A stretch of 64,000 nucleotides of DNA from an uncultured Chlamydiae bacterium (GCA_963830365.1 CAWHMU010000027.1:1-64000), one strand, 5' to 3'; positions 1 through 10,985 are shown, counted from the stretch's first letter. A program made the numbers and translations. The notes: generated by a model from the sequence alone, not told the origin.

Positions 1-694
1 ATGATCGGATTTGCGCGGGCTGAGGCCCTGCTCGGCCGCAGCGATCCGTGTGGCACCCAAGGTGCCTGCCGTGAGGTAGAGGTCAAACAGCCGACGCACG
101 GTTTTGGCCTCGGTGGGATTGATCTGTAGCACACGGGCCTTGAGAGGGTCTTTGGGTGGATCGTACCCCAGTGGCAGTGTGCCGCCCATCCACAAGCCCC
201 TTGCGCTTTGAGGCGGCGATCTTGTCGCGAATTCGTTCGGCGGTGACCTCTCGTTCGAATTGTGCAAAGGACAGCAGCACATTGAGGGTCAATCGCCCCA
301 TGGATGTCGATGTATTGAAGGCCTGCGTCACCGAGACGAAGGAGCAGCCCCTGCGATCCAGTTGTTCGACCAGCCGCGCAAAGTCTGCCAGCGAGCGGGT
401 GAGCCGGTCAATCTTGTAGACCACGATCATGCCGATGCGCCCGGCATCAACCTCGGCCAGCAGGCGTTGCAAGGCGGGGCGCTCCATGGTGCCGCCGGAC
501 AAGCCGCCGTCGTCAAACCGCTCGGGCAGGAGTTTCCAACCCTCATGACGTTGGCTGGCGACATAGGCGGCGCAAGCCTCGTATTGCGCATCCAGCGAGT
601 TGAAGCCTTGTTCCAGCCCTTCGTCCGAGGATTTGCGGGTGTAGATCGCACAGCGCACGGCAAGGCTTCGGCTGGGTGGCGAGGGGGCGTTCAT
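1..694 (-). pseudogene. Large serine recombinase (resolvase N-domain + recombinase domain), frameshifted near 194, runs off left edge
   Basis: CAIYTRKS catalytic-Ser motif, DDGGLSG, RPALQRL, KIDRLTRS, FAQFERE. After KRKGL the expected WMGGTLPLGYD continues in a shifted frame to the window edge. Confidence 0.85.
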
Positions 695-1242
695 GCCTGC
701 GCTCCCGATCGGCGTCGCGCGCCGGGAGGCTTACTTGCAGCCGTCGCCGCCTTTTGCACCCCGAAGAACCTTGGCCCCGACCAGTGCGCGCCGGTGATCT
801 CTTTGGCAATTGCGGACAGAGAGGCAAACGTCTTGCCATTCCACAGGTACCCGGCGGCGGTCCGTTCAACCACATGGGTGACGCCGTTCCATTCCCGCAA
901 GAACCTTGCGCCGGCGCTCATCTTGGGTGCGACCGCCCGCAGTTTGCCCGTGCCGATCCGTTCCAACCGATCCAGATCCGCTTTGGTCAGGCCTCCGCCT
1001 GACCGCTGCTGAACCTCAAAGGCGAGGAAAGCGTGCAGCAAGGCTTGGCTCATGCCGCGGGGGGCCTCGCTGCCCATGATCTCTGACCACAAGGCGACAA
1101 GCCCGTCGCGGTCAAGCTGTACAACGGTGGCTGCAGTGTGCCCGACCTGCTGCGCCCCGACCTTTTGTTGTCGTTCCATTCTGATCCGCATTCTGACCTC
1201 ATCTCGCACCCGGCCAGCCCACAGCAGAGGTGGGTGGCGCAA
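691..1242 (-). CDS. DUF2924 family protein (usual partner of these recombinases); true start probably downstream of 1242
   Basis: LREWNG...SLSAIAKEITGAHWSGPRFFG motif; 4-bp overlap with the recombinase start. Confidence 0.8.
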   Translation of the reverse strand: MRHPPLLWAGRVRDEVRMRIRMERQQKVGAQQVGHTAATVVQLDRDGLVALWSEIMGSEAPRGMSQALLHAFLAFEVQQRSGGGLTKADLDRLERIGTGKLRAVAPKMSAGARFLREWNGVTHVVERTAAGYLWNGKTFASLSAIAKEITGAHWSGPRFFGVQKAATAASKPPGARRRSGAQA

Positions 1243-2466
1243 CCAGCACCGCTTGCTTCAGCGCGGAAGTCGACGGGAAAATGCGGAATGGTCGGACGTT
1301 CGGGCGCGGACCCGACCTGGCAGAACGTGCGAACGACTTGCGATGCCCGCGCACCACGCATGCGAGGGCGGGTTAAAGATTGGCGCGGCGATTGTCGCGT
1401 TTGAACTGACGTTAATTAAGTCTTCAATGGCCCGTCGAAAAGCCGTTTCCAACGGTCCCCGCCGAAGGCCCCGCTCACAGCACGAGATCCGGCATTTGGT
1501 GCGCATTGGCACCAAATCAGACTTGTCTGGTTGCCGCGACATGGCCTATCTCGTGCTTGGGCGTGACACGGTAAAATTCTCGCGGCCGTAACACGACCTT
1601 CGGGTCGGAGTGCTATGCAGGGTTTCCGGGAAACCGGGTTGCGGGGCCCTGCCGCCCAACCCACAATGCGCTGGAAATCTGCGGAAGCCGGCAGGCGCAG
1701 TCGCACGCCGCGCAAGTGATGAGACCAAGCACTCAGGGGCTGGAGGTTCACAGCTGATCCACGGTCGAGAGTTCCAGCGAAGCCACTGTTCGCTCGCGGA
1801 GGTTTCGTAGAGGCCTGAATGCTGTGCAGTGGTAGCAATGGGCGGAAAGCGGACGGATGCAGGAGCGGCAGCGTAGTCGCAGCATTGAGCCAGAGCGGAC
1901 ATTCGTTTACTGCGCAGAGTATTGCACGGCCCGAACTCGCGAAGGGCAGAGAGCTGTCGTTCGCTGCGTTCGACACAAACGACGTCAATAGGTGGGAGTT
2001 GGGGCCTTATTGCCATTGAACCAGATCGCGATCAATCTGCTGCTGGTTTCCCATTTAACCAACTAACCCACACACGCAGGAATTCTCTGAACTGCTGCAT
2101 AGACACCCGCAAGGTTTCCACTGAGCTTAGCTTGATCGGTCTTCCACAATCGTCACGATCAAATCGACCGCTTACGAAAACAAAAAATTTTGCTGGTTTA
2201 TGTCGTGCTGTCCTACCGTCAGCGTCTAGGTAGACGACACCGCCGTGTGCGAAGACACACGCAGCTACGGGAACAGCAAGAAAGTGCTTCATCCCTCAGG
2301 GGTTCTTCTCTTTTAATCTATTAAGTTGCAAGTATATAAAGAAAAGAACCCCTACGGGTTAATCACTATTTTCTGTAAAACCCGCAGCTACGAGGCTATC
2401 TCCGCTTTCGCTCGCAAGCCTTAGCTAACGGGCTCCAAAGAGATCGGTTTCGCCTAATAAAATTCT

Positions 2467-3166
2467 GGTTCATCCGACAAATGAGGACCTCGACTCGTAG
2501 AGATAATAAAGCAGGTTTAAAATATTCCATATTCAAGAAGTCGTATACTTGTCTTTTCGACGAAGGTTTGCAAGTAGGCTAAAATGTGAGCCCTGTTCAC
2601 CTTCATAGGAAAACTTTCGGTCACGATGATACTATCTTCTCTATCCCCTCTCCGTGGTCTCTGTGCCTCTGTGTTTCAAAAAAATCAAACACAGAGGCAC
2701 AGAGAGCACGGAGCAAGAAATTGACTGGTTGGGTGAACAACGCCAAAATGTGCGCTTACCGCGGCAGCGGTCAACAGATTTCAGCCCCGCGTGCAGGCGC
2801 TTCCTGCGCCGGAACGTGGGGGGTTCGCATAAATTTAAAAGGCAACCGCGGCAGCGGTGTAAGAGGCCTACAAAGCTCTTACACCGCTGCCGCGGTTTTG
2901 ATATTATGTGTATTCTGACCCCACGTTCCGGCGCAGGAAGCGCCTGCACGCGGGGCTGAAATCTGCTGACCGCTACCGCGGTATAAGGCACTATCCAACA
3001 TCTTAATTTGAGCTACATAAGTACCTTTGCAATTTTCTCAAACGGGGATTGTAGAAGGTTTACTCAAGATCTCAAGCAGTTCACAAAGTTCTGATAATGA
3101 AGGTTCATAGAAATCTGAAGACTTAATACTTTTACCTGCTAAAGGTCCTCATTTGTCGGATGAACC
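2467..3166. mobile_element. 700-bp non-autonomous TIR element (MITE-like), copy E1
   Basis: Perfect 24-bp TIRs GGTTCATCCGACAAATGAGGACCT; 8-bp direct repeat AAAATTCT at 2459-2466 and 3167-3174; no transposase ORF. Confidence 0.92.
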
Positions 3167-3416
3167 AAAATTCTAATATCTTACTTCATATATCAAATAT
3201 GGCAACGGTAGGCTCAACCTCTGTCTTGTCCATTTTCGTGCCCGAAATCCACTAAAATGACGAGCCCGTGCCCGTGCCTGAATTCAAAAATACTTAAACC
3301 AGTAGCGCAGAGCTTCTAGGCAGAGCTCGGCAACACAGTGGCCTTGGGCTTAAGCATTCTTGCAGGCGAGCTCGGGCTCGCAATTTTAATAGGGTTGGGC
3401 ACGAGGGGGGAAAGAA

Positions 3417-4544
3417 TCAGTAAAGATCGAATTCGAGCAGACGGGATTCGATGCCGCCATTATCCAGCACATAGCGGCGGCTGGCGGCAAGACCCACTTC
3501 TTTGGATAATTCCAAGCTGCCGGTGAAAATGAAGCCTTTGGCGGGCTTGGCAGATTTGCGTTTCATGAAATCCCCGATGGCCCGGTAGAGCGACCACAGG
3601 CGCTCGACATCGTCCAGGCGCCTGCCATAGGGAGGATTAGTGATGATTAAATTTGGCGCTATCGGCGGTTCATAGTCGCGGATATCGCATTGCACAACTT
3701 CCACAGACTGATGCAAGCCTACTGCACGCAGATTAACCTTGCAGGCATGGGAGGCCTGCTTGTTGATATCGGCGCCGAAGAAATGGCCCGGCAGCAGCGG
3801 AAGGCGTGCTTGATCGGCTTCGGCTTTGACCTTCAGCCATAACTCTTGAGAATGATCCGGCAGGTTGGTGAAACCCCATGTTTTGCGCAAGAATCCTGGC
3901 GGCGTGCGCGAAGCCATCAAGGCGGCTTCAATCAACAGCGTGCCGGAGCCGCAGCAAGGGTCGCAAAAAACCTCATCCCCTTGGTATTTGGCAAGCATCA
4001 GCACGGCCGCCGCCAGCGATTCCTGCATGGGAGCTTCGATCGTTTCCTGGCGATAGCCGCGTTTATGCAGCGGCATGCCCGAGGTGTCGATGCTGAGTAC
4101 GCCGCGATCACCACTGACATATAGATTAAGTTGCACATCGGGATCTTTAGTGTCGACATCGGGGCGCCGGCCGACGCGCTGCCTCAGCTGGTCGCAGATG
4201 GCATCTTTAGCAATCTGGGCGGCAAAGAGGCTGTTGCGCAAGCGCGGATGGCTGACATTGGCATCGATGGCAATGGTCTTGCTTGGCGAGATGAATTTCA
4301 ACCAGTCGATCGCATAAGCGCCTTCATACAGGGCTTTGGCATCGTAGCAACGAAAATGCGCAAGCGGCAATAAGACCCTGCCGCCTATCCTGGAAAGATA
4401 ATTGATACGGTAGATGGCATCAAAAAAAACATTCTTTACATGCACTCCGCGAAAGCCGGGCACCAGCTGGGAAAATCCCATCTGCGTCAGCTCCTGGGTT
4501 AAAAAAGGCTCCAGCTTGTTGGCACAAGTAACAAATAAGTCCAT
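3417..4544 (-). CDS. THUMP-domain RNA m2G methyltransferase (RlmL/YpsC-like)
   Basis: LHKRGYR, APMQESLAA, DPCCGSGT and ITNPPYG motifs. Confidence 0.88.
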   Translation of the reverse strand: MDLFVTCANKLEPFLTQELTQMGFSQLVPGFRGVHVKNVFFDAIYRINYLSRIGGRVLLPLAHFRCYDAKALYEGAYAIDWLKFISPSKTIAIDANVSHPRLRNSLFAAQIAKDAICDQLRQRVGRRPDVDTKDPDVQLNLYVSGDRGVLSIDTSGMPLHKRGYRQETIEAPMQESLAAAVLMLAKYQGDEVFCDPCCGSGTLLIEAALMASRTPPGFLRKTWGFTNLPDHSQELWLKVKAEADQARLPLLPGHFFGADINKQASHACKVNLRAVGLHQSVEVVQCDIRDYEPPIAPNLIITNPPYGRRLDDVERLWSLYRAIGDFMKRKSAKPAKGFIFTGSLELSKEVGLAASRRYVLDNGGIESRLLEFDLY

Positions 4545-4563
4545 CTAACCCACTTCCAGAAAT

Positions 4564-5658
4564 TTAATGATGCATAAACAAGATGACGTCGCCATCTTTT
4601 ACAATATAATCGCGTCCTTCAGCCCTGACCTTACCCATCTCGCGCGCGCCATTGCGGCCTTTATAGGCCACCATGTCGGTATAAGCCACCACTTCGGCGC
4701 GGATGAACCCTTTTTGGATGTCGGTATGGATCTTACCCGCCGCTTCAGGCGCCGTGGTATGATTGGTGATGGTCCAGGCCCGTGTCTCCATCTCGCCTGT
4801 GGTCAGGAAGGTGATCAAGCCGAGCATATCAAAGGAGGCTTTAATCAGCCGCTGCAGGCCCGATTGTTGTAGTCCCAGGCTCTCAAGGAAGGGAGCGCGT
4901 TCAAGCGGCGACAGCTGGGCAATTTCCTCTTCCAAACGCGCGCAAATCGGAATGACGCTGTTGCCTTCGGCGGCGGCATATTCGCGCACGCGCTTCACAT
5001 AAGCATTTTCCATCAACGGCAGATCGTTTTCGGATACATTGGCGGCATAGAGGACTTTTTTGGCCGTCAGGAAAGGATAAAGTGTCAAGATCTGCTTTTC
5101 CTCGTCATTGAAGGTCATCGTCCGCACCGGCTTATTTTCATTAAGGTGTTTGGCGATGCGCTGCATGACTTCGAAGGTGGGCAGCAGCTCCTTCTTCGAT
5201 TTAAGCTGTTTTTCGGTGCGGCTGATGACGTTGTCGACCATCTGCAAATCGGAAAGGCACAGTTCGATATTAATGACTTCGATATCGCGGATCGGATCAA
5301 CGGTACCTGACACGTGGATGATGTCGTCCGATTCAAAGCAGCGCACGACATGCAAGATGGCATCGGTTTCACGGATGTTGGTCAGAAATTGATTGCCCAG
5401 CCCCTCGCCTTTGGACGCCCCGGCCACAAGTCCGGCAATATCGACGAATTTGATGTTGGCATAGATGAGCTTGGCACTGCCCGAGAGGGCGGAAAGCACT
5501 TCGAGGCGCGGATCGTAGACATCGACGATGCCGATATTGGGATCGATGGTGCAAAAGGGGTAATTAGATGCCTCGGCTTGATTGGATGTCAAGGCATTGA
5601 ATAACGTCGATTTTCCAACATTGGGAAGTCCAACAATTCCACATGAAAGGCCAGCCAT
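4564..5658 (-). CDS. ychF: Redox-regulated ribosome-binding ATPase YchF
   Basis: [38 protein letters not shown]-terminal TGS domain. Confidence 0.97.
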   Translation of the reverse strand: MAGLSCGIVGLPNVGKSTLFNALTSNQAEASNYPFCTIDPNIGIVDVYDPRLEVLSALSGSAKLIYANIKFVDIAGLVAGASKGEGLGNQFLTNIRETDAILHVVRCFESDDIIHVSGTVDPIRDIEVINIELCLSDLQMVDNVISRTEKQLKSKKELLPTFEVMQRIAKHLNENKPVRTMTFNDEEKQILTLYPFLTAKKVLYAANVSENDLPLMENAYVKRVREYAAAEGNSVIPICARLEEEIAQLSPLERAPFLESLGLQQSGLQRLIKASFDMLGLITFLTTGEMETRAWTITNHTTAPEAAGKIHTDIQKGFIRAEVVAYTDMVAYKGRNGAREMGKVRAEGRDYIVKDGDVILFMHH

Positions 5659-5904
5659 AACAAAAAACCTCTTTATCGCTTAATATGCCAAAAATTTAAG
5701 CTAAATCATAAAGGAAAATGGATAAAAAAGAAAGGATGAAAGCAAATGGGGATCTAAAGGAGCCAAGGGATCCAAGAGATCTAAGAGACAAAAAACAGTC
5801 CTTTATAGGCCCCTTTTGCTGGCGGTACGAAATTTGGCCGCTGGATGTTGGTCATAAAAACCGGCCACTTAATTTCTAAAAATAAAATAACCGTCAGCTT
5901 TTTA

Positions 5905-6269
5905 GGTTCATCACGCCAATGAGTACCTGTCCTAGAGAATGGGGGAAATGGCTTAGTTTGAAATGGTTAAAAAAAGAGAAGCAGACATCGTATTAGGTCT
6001 CTTGAAGTAAAAATGAATTTAACACGCCTGCTTTACTGTTGCACCATACCAATCAAATCGAGAATATACAAATCAAAACTGGTTCATCAAACAAATGCGT
6101 ACCTATGAGGCTTCCCGACCTTCTCTGTGACTCTGTGCCTCTGTGGTTAAATCCGCTTACTGTTGGCATAGCATTATTAATCAAAGTGTTACAAAAAGCT
6201 TCACCACAGAGGCACAGAGTCACAGAGAAGGTCGGGAAGCCTCATAGGTACGCATTTGTTTGATGATCT
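5905..6269. mobile_element. 365-bp TIR element E2 of the same family, with an extra internal TIR at 6081
   Basis: Left end GGTTCATCACGCCAATGAGTACCT; right end (rc) AGATCATCAAACAAATGCGTACCT; 8-bp direct repeat GCTTTTTA at 5897-5904 and 6270-6277; 64-bp perfect inverted arms 6084-6147 / 6203-6266. Confidence 0.82.
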
Positions 6270-6301
6270 GCTTTTTAGTGTAATAATTATTTCATTCCTA
6301 C

Positions 6302-6336
6302 TTGACATGCACTCGGAACATAAGTTATACTATAAT
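6302..6336 (+). promoter_or_regulatory. Putative sigma66/sigma70-type promoter of the sctU operon
   Basis: TTGACA (6302-6307)-N18-TATACT (6326-6331), overlapping TATAAT. Confidence 0.5.
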
Positions 6337-6455
6337 AAGAATGAAGTGTTATATTATCAGCATTAAAATATGATTACTCAACGTGCCGGCTTGTCGCTTC
6401 AGGCGCTTGAGTTTGTATCCATTTATTATTTGCTGGTGATACAAGGAGAGCCTCT

Positions 6456-7532
6456 ATGGGCGAAAAAACCGAAAAAGCCAGTCCGAAGAAGCTAAGAGAC
6501 GCTAAAAAAAAAGGACAAGTCGCTAAGTCCCAAGATCTTCCGTCCGCCTTTACTTTTATAGCCTCCATTTGGGTGGTGTTGCAGATGAGCCACATGCTTT
6601 ATACTAAGCTTGGGGATTTCGTCATTGCCACTTTCAACCAAATTCCCAAAGGCGATATCAATGCCGCCGTGGCAGGTCTGATGGTACAATCCAATATCGT
6701 CATTTTCGAATGCAGCATCCCGGCGCTGGTACTGGTGGCCCTGATCGGGGTAACGATTAATTTTTTATCCGTTGGCCCGGTTTTCGCACCTGAAGTCTTT
6801 AAATTCGATATTAAAAAGTTCGATCCAATCCAGAATTTGAAAGCCAAATTCAAAATGAAAACGCTGGTAGAACTGATTAAATCGATGGCCAAAATCTCCA
6901 TCGCCTCATGGATTATCTATGATGTGATGTATAGTAGTTTGCCTGTCTTGATTAGAGCTGTATCGATGCCCATGGGGTCGACACTCTTGATATTCCATGC
7001 TTTCTTGATGGAAGTAGTCATAAAAGTCGGTATGTTCTTCATTGCCGTGGCCGTGGCCGACTTCGCCTATCAGAAGAAGGACTTTGCCAAAGAGATGATG
7101 ATGGAAAAATTCGAAGTCAAACAGGAATATAAAAACTCCGAAGGTGACCCACATATCAAGAGCAAGCGCCGTCAAATTGCCCAGGAAATCGCCTATCAGG
7201 AAGGCCCGACCGGCGGCGTGAAGCGCGCCCAGGCGGTAATCACCAATCCGACTCACTTGGCTATTGCCATCGGCTATAACAAAGAAGTCGATGCCGCCCC
7301 CTATATTTTGGCCATGGGAGAGGATATATTAGCGCACCGCATTGTGGCCATCGCCGAAGCTAACAACATTCCGGTAGTGCGAAATATCCGCCTAGCACAT
7401 AAACTATGGAATGATGGGGATGTATACGAATATGTCCCCGAAGAAAATTATGAAGCCATTGCCGAAATCCTAAGATGGATTTCATCGCTACAAACAGAAG
7501 ATGCCTACGACTATTCAGAAGAACGAGAATAA
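6456..7532 (+). CDS. sctU: T3SS export apparatus switch protein SctU/CdsU
   Basis: EKTEKASPKKLRDA N-terminus, EYKNSEGDPHIK, NPTH autocleavage motif. Confidence 0.96.
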   Translation: MGEKTEKASPKKLRDAKKKGQVAKSQDLPSAFTFIASIWVVLQMSHMLYTKLGDFVIATFNQIPKGDINAAVAGLMVQSNIVIFECSIPALVLVALIGVTINFLSVGPVFAPEVFKFDIKKFDPIQNLKAKFKMKTLVELIKSMAKISIASWIIYDVMYSSLPVLIRAVSMPMGSTLLIFHAFLMEVVIKVGMFFIAVAVADFAYQKKDFAKEMMMEKFEVKQEYKNSEGDPHIKSKRRQIAQEIAYQEGPTGGVKRAQAVITNPTHLAIAIGYNKEVDAAPYILAMGEDILAHRIVAIAEANNIPVVRNIRLAHKLWNDGDVYEYVPEENYEAIAEILRWISSLQTEDAYDYSEERE

Positions 7533-7558
7533 ACGAGAACGAGAGTAATTGGGAGTAA

Positions 7559-9742
7559 ATGATGGAATTTATCAGACGGGTTCTGGATGGTATCACCATG
7601 CGTTTGGGCGGCGAATCCTCCTTGCAAAGGATTTCACGGTCCAGCGACGTGGCACTGGCTGTGTTGATCATCGGCATTTTGGCAATGATCATCATCCCGG
7701 TCAATCCGCACGTCATCGACTATCTGATCGCGGTGAACTTGGCCATTTCCGTCTCCCTGCTGATGGTGGCGCTGTACATCCCCAGCGCCACGCAGCTGTC
7801 CATCTTTCCCTCTTTGCTGCTGATCACCACCCTTTATCGCCTGGGCTTGAACATCGCCTCCACCCGCCAGATTTTGCTGCATGCCAACGCCGGTGAAATC
7901 ATCTTCGGCTTCGGCAACTTCGTAGTCGGCGGCAACTTCGTCGTAGGCGGCGTTATCTTCCTTATCATCACGTTGGTGCAGTTCCTAGTGATCACCAAGG
8001 GCGCCGAGCGCGTCGCCGAAGTGGCCGCGCGTTTTACCCTGGACGCCATGCCCGGCAAGCAGATGAGTATCGATGCCGACATGCGCGCCGGTATCCTGGA
8101 TGCCACTCAGGCGCGCGAGAAGCGCCTGCTGATCCAGAAGGAGAGCCAACTGTACGGCGCCATGGACGGTGCCATGAAATTCGTTAAAGGGGATGCCATC
8201 GCCGGCATCGTGATCACGCTGATCAACGTCATCGGCGGTATCATCATCGGGGTGACGATCAACGGCATGACCGGCATGGAAGCTGCCACCACCTACTCGC
8301 TGCTATCCATCGGCGACGGCCTGATCTCCCAAATCCCGGCCCTGCTGATCGCCATCACGGCCGGTATCATCACCACGCGCGTATCTACTGATAAAGAAGT
8401 CTCAAACCTGGGTAGCGAAATCTCCGGCCAAATATTGAAACAGCCTAAGGCGCTGATGCTGGCCGCAGGCTTTATGATGGGCATGGCCATCATTCCAGGC
8501 TTCCCCACACCGCCCTTTTTAATTTTAGCCTCCATCTTCGGTATCCTGGGCTATGCCCTATGGAGCAATGACGAAAAAAAACTCGCCGCCAGCAGCGCCT
8601 CGGCCGGGGCCGCGGGCGGCATGATCAGCAGCGCAGGCGGCGGCGAATCATCGGTCGACACCTCGGTGCGCGGACATAAAGTCATTTCCGGCGGCGGCAT
8701 CGACAGCTATGCGCTGACTTTGCCGGTGGTCATCGAATGCGGCAAGGGTTTAAGCGCTGAAATCCAGAAAGCCCAGAAAGGGCAGAGCTTCATCGACATC
8801 ATGATCCCCAAGATGCGCCAGGCGCTATATTCCGATTTAGGGGTGCGTTTCCCTGGGGTGCATGTGCGCACCGACTCGCTGATTTTGGCGCCCGATGAAT
8901 ATTCCATCCATCTGAACGAAGTGCCCATCGTGCGCGGCAAGGTGCTGGAGAATTTCCTGCTGACGAACGAGTCGGAGGAAAACCTCAAGCGTTATAATCT
9001 GACTTTTGAAGCCTATAAGAACTCCCTCGGACTCCCCTCGCTATGGGTGGAAGCTAAAAATAAAGAGCTGCTCGACAAGGCAGGCATCAAATACTGGAAC
9101 TCGCTGGAAGTGATGATCCTGCACCTCTCCTACTTCTTCAGACACTATGCCAACGAATTTGTCGGCATCCAGGAAGTAAAATCCATGCTCGAATTCGTCG
9201 AGAAATCCTTCCCCGACCTAGTCAAGGAAGTCACGCGACTAATCCCGCTGCAGAAGATGACCGATATCTTCAAACGCCTCATCCAGGAACAGGTGTCGAT
9301 CAAGGATCTGCGCACGGTCTTGGAATCCTTAAGCGAATGGGCCCAGACCGAGAAAGACACCGTTCTGCTGACCGAATATGTGCGCTCCTCGCTGAAGCGC
9401 TATATCAGCTACAAATACTCCCAGGGGCAGTCCGTACTTTCAGTCTATATCCTGGACCCCGAAATCGAAGATATGGTGCGCGGCGCCATCAAACAGACGT
9501 CGGCCGGCTCCTACCTGGCCCTCGACCCCGACTCCGTCCAGCTGATTCTGCAATCGATACGCAACACCGTCGCCCCGCCCCCTCCCGGCGGCCAGCCGCC
9601 GGTATTGCTCACCGCCATCGACGTCCGGCGCTTCATCCGCAAACTGGTGGAAATGGAATTTTCCGACATCTCGGTCGTCTCCTACCAGGAGATCGTACCG
9701 GAAATACGCATCCAACCGCTGGGAAGGATACAGATTTCTTAA
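7559..9742 (+). CDS. sctV: T3SS export gate SctV/CdsV (LcrD)
   Basis: ITKGAERVAEVAARFTLDAMPGKQMSIDAD and GAMDGAMKFVKGDAIAG FHIPEP motifs. Confidence 0.97.
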   Translation: MMEFIRRVLDGITMRLGGESSLQRISRSSDVALAVLIIGILAMIIIPVNPHVIDYLIAVNLAISVSLLMVALYIPSATQLSIFPSLLLITTLYRLGLNIASTRQILLHANAGEIIFGFGNFVVGGNFVVGGVIFLIITLVQFLVITKGAERVAEVAARFTLDAMPGKQMSIDADMRAGILDATQAREKRLLIQKESQLYGAMDGAMKFVKGDAIAGIVITLINVIGGIIIGVTINGMTGMEAATTYSLLSIGDGLISQIPALLIAITAGIITTRVSTDKEVSNLGSEISGQILKQPKALMLAAGFMMGMAIIPGFPTPPFLILASIFGILGYALWSNDEKKLAASSASAGAAGGMISSAGGGESSVDTSVRGHKVISGGGIDSYALTLPVVIECGKGLSAEIQKAQKGQSFIDIMIPKMRQALYSDLGVRFPGVHVRTDSLILAPDEYSIHLNEVPIVRGKVLENFLLTNESEENLKRYNLTFEAYKNSLGLPSLWVEAKNKELLDKAGIKYWNSLEVMILHLSYFFRHYANEFVGIQEVKSMLEFVEKSFPDLVKEVTRLIPLQKMTDIFKRLIQEQVSIKDLRTVLESLSEWAQTEKDTVLLTEYVRSSLKRYISYKYSQGQSVLSVYILDPEIEDMVRGAIKQTSAGSYLALDPDSVQLILQSIRNTVAPPPPGGQPPVLLTAIDVRRFIRKLVEMEFSDISVVSYQEIVPEIRIQPLGRIQIS

Positions 9743-9797
9743 CAACACTGGCCGGAGAGCAAGAGAGTCGCTAGCATAGTCTTATCGGAGGCTTATT

Positions 9798-10985
9798 ATG
9801 GGTGACATATCAAATATTCCAGTCGACGACCCAAGCGTCAACCAGACGCTTGCCGCCATGAAAGAGGTGGCAATGGAGGAAACCCAGGAGCTGCGCGCCG
9901 AACAGCAAGATAGCGCCGGCGCCTTCATGGAATCCCTGGAAGAAGCTGTCAACCCCTTTGCCCAAAAACTTGAAAAAAAAGAAAAACCCGTCGAAACACA
10001 GTCGGCACGCGTCCAGAAAATGGTCGGCGGCGAAAAGGTCATGCTCCCCGTCGGCGCCATCAAAGATAGCGCCGAAAAATTCCAGGGCCGCAACCCCGAA
10101 CTGCGCTCAAATGTCCTCATTTCCCTACGTGAACAAATCAAACCCGATGATACCGTCGAAGATATCCTGCGCAAATTGGCCGAATTCTACCCCGATGCCT
10201 CGCTGGCCGATGAGGCGCTGGAGTTCCTGCTCGAAACGACCGATGGCGACCTTAAAGAAAAGGTCCAGACGGCCAAAGACCAGCTCAATGCCGACCGCGG
10301 CCGCGAAATCGCCGCCGGCAAAAACATCGCCACCCTCGCCCGCGCCGGCGCCGAAAAAGGCCTCGGCACAGCCACCTCGCTGCGCGACATGTACCGCGAT
10401 ATCACCGGCAACCCGCGCGACTCCCCCACCCTATTTGAGGAACTGTCGACCAAATATGCCTTCAAAGACCTGAAAAAAGTCATCAGCTTCCTTTTGCACT
10501 CCCTCGGCGCCGATATGAAATCCAAAGGTCCCTCCATCCCCCACGGACAGCTCCACCGCCTGCTGACGGAGACACGCTCCCTACAGGCCATCTTGGGCGT
10601 CTACCGCTTCTTCAACGGACGCATGCCGCTGGTAGACAAAATGTTTGCCAAAGAAGGCCTGGAAAAACCTCCCCAGCTGACGTTTGAAAATCTGGCCAAA
10701 CAATTCATGGCTCTTGCCGGCGACCGCTACCCATCGGCTGGCAAAGTACTGCAGCAGGCCGTAAAGCTGGGCGTAGAAAAATTCATCGTCGCTAAAATCG
10801 TTGTCTTCAGCCAATACCGCGATGCCATCCGCGCTGTCGCCATCAACCAGGTCTATAAATCCCTGCAGCACCGCGACGACCTCTACATGGCCATCCTGGA
10901 AGCCCTGGAAGAACTCGAAGATGAACTTGAAGACCTGGCAGAAGAAAATGATGATGATGATGGATTTGATGCTAAAGACAAGTAA
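9798..10985 (+). CDS. copN: T3SS gatekeeper CopN/SctW
   Basis: Follows sctV as in Chlamydiae; helical HrpJ-like body (DPSLADEALEFL-like, LRDMYRD) and acidic tail. Confidence 0.85.
   Translation: MGDISNIPVDDPSVNQTLAAMKEVAMEETQELRAEQQDSAGAFMESLEEAVNPFAQKLEKKEKPVETQSARVQKMVGGEKVMLPVGAIKDSAEKFQGRNPELRSNVLISLREQIKPDDTVEDILRKLAEFYPDASLADEALEFLLETTDGDLKEKVQTAKDQLNADRGREIAAGKNIATLARAGAEKGLGTATSLRDMYRDITGNPRDSPTLFEELSTKYAFKDLKKVISFLLHSLGADMKSKGPSIPHGQLHRLLTETRSLQAILGVYRFFNGRMPLVDKMFAKEGLEKPPQLTFENLAKQFMALAGDRYPSAGKVLQQAVKLGVEKFIVAKIVVFSQYRDAIRAVAINQVYKSLQHRDDLYMAILEALEELEDELEDLAEENDDDDGFDAKDK

Noticed and set aside
1250..2030. Coding genes or attC-like sites in the GC-rich stretch
   Set aside because: Overlapping ORFs lack recognisable motifs, and the AAAGCGGAC / GCGGACATT fragments are too short to support a call
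2586..2991. ORFs of 101-116 aa inside E1 (and 69-81 aa in E3)
   Set aside because: They are translations of palindromes, are not conserved in frame between the two copies, and show no transposase motifs
3261..3404. GCCCGT/ACGGGC-like inverted repeat after the methyltransferase, and GGGATC/GTCCTT repeats at 5750-5815
   Set aside because: Degenerate and single-copy in this window; probably decayed repeats, with no definable ends
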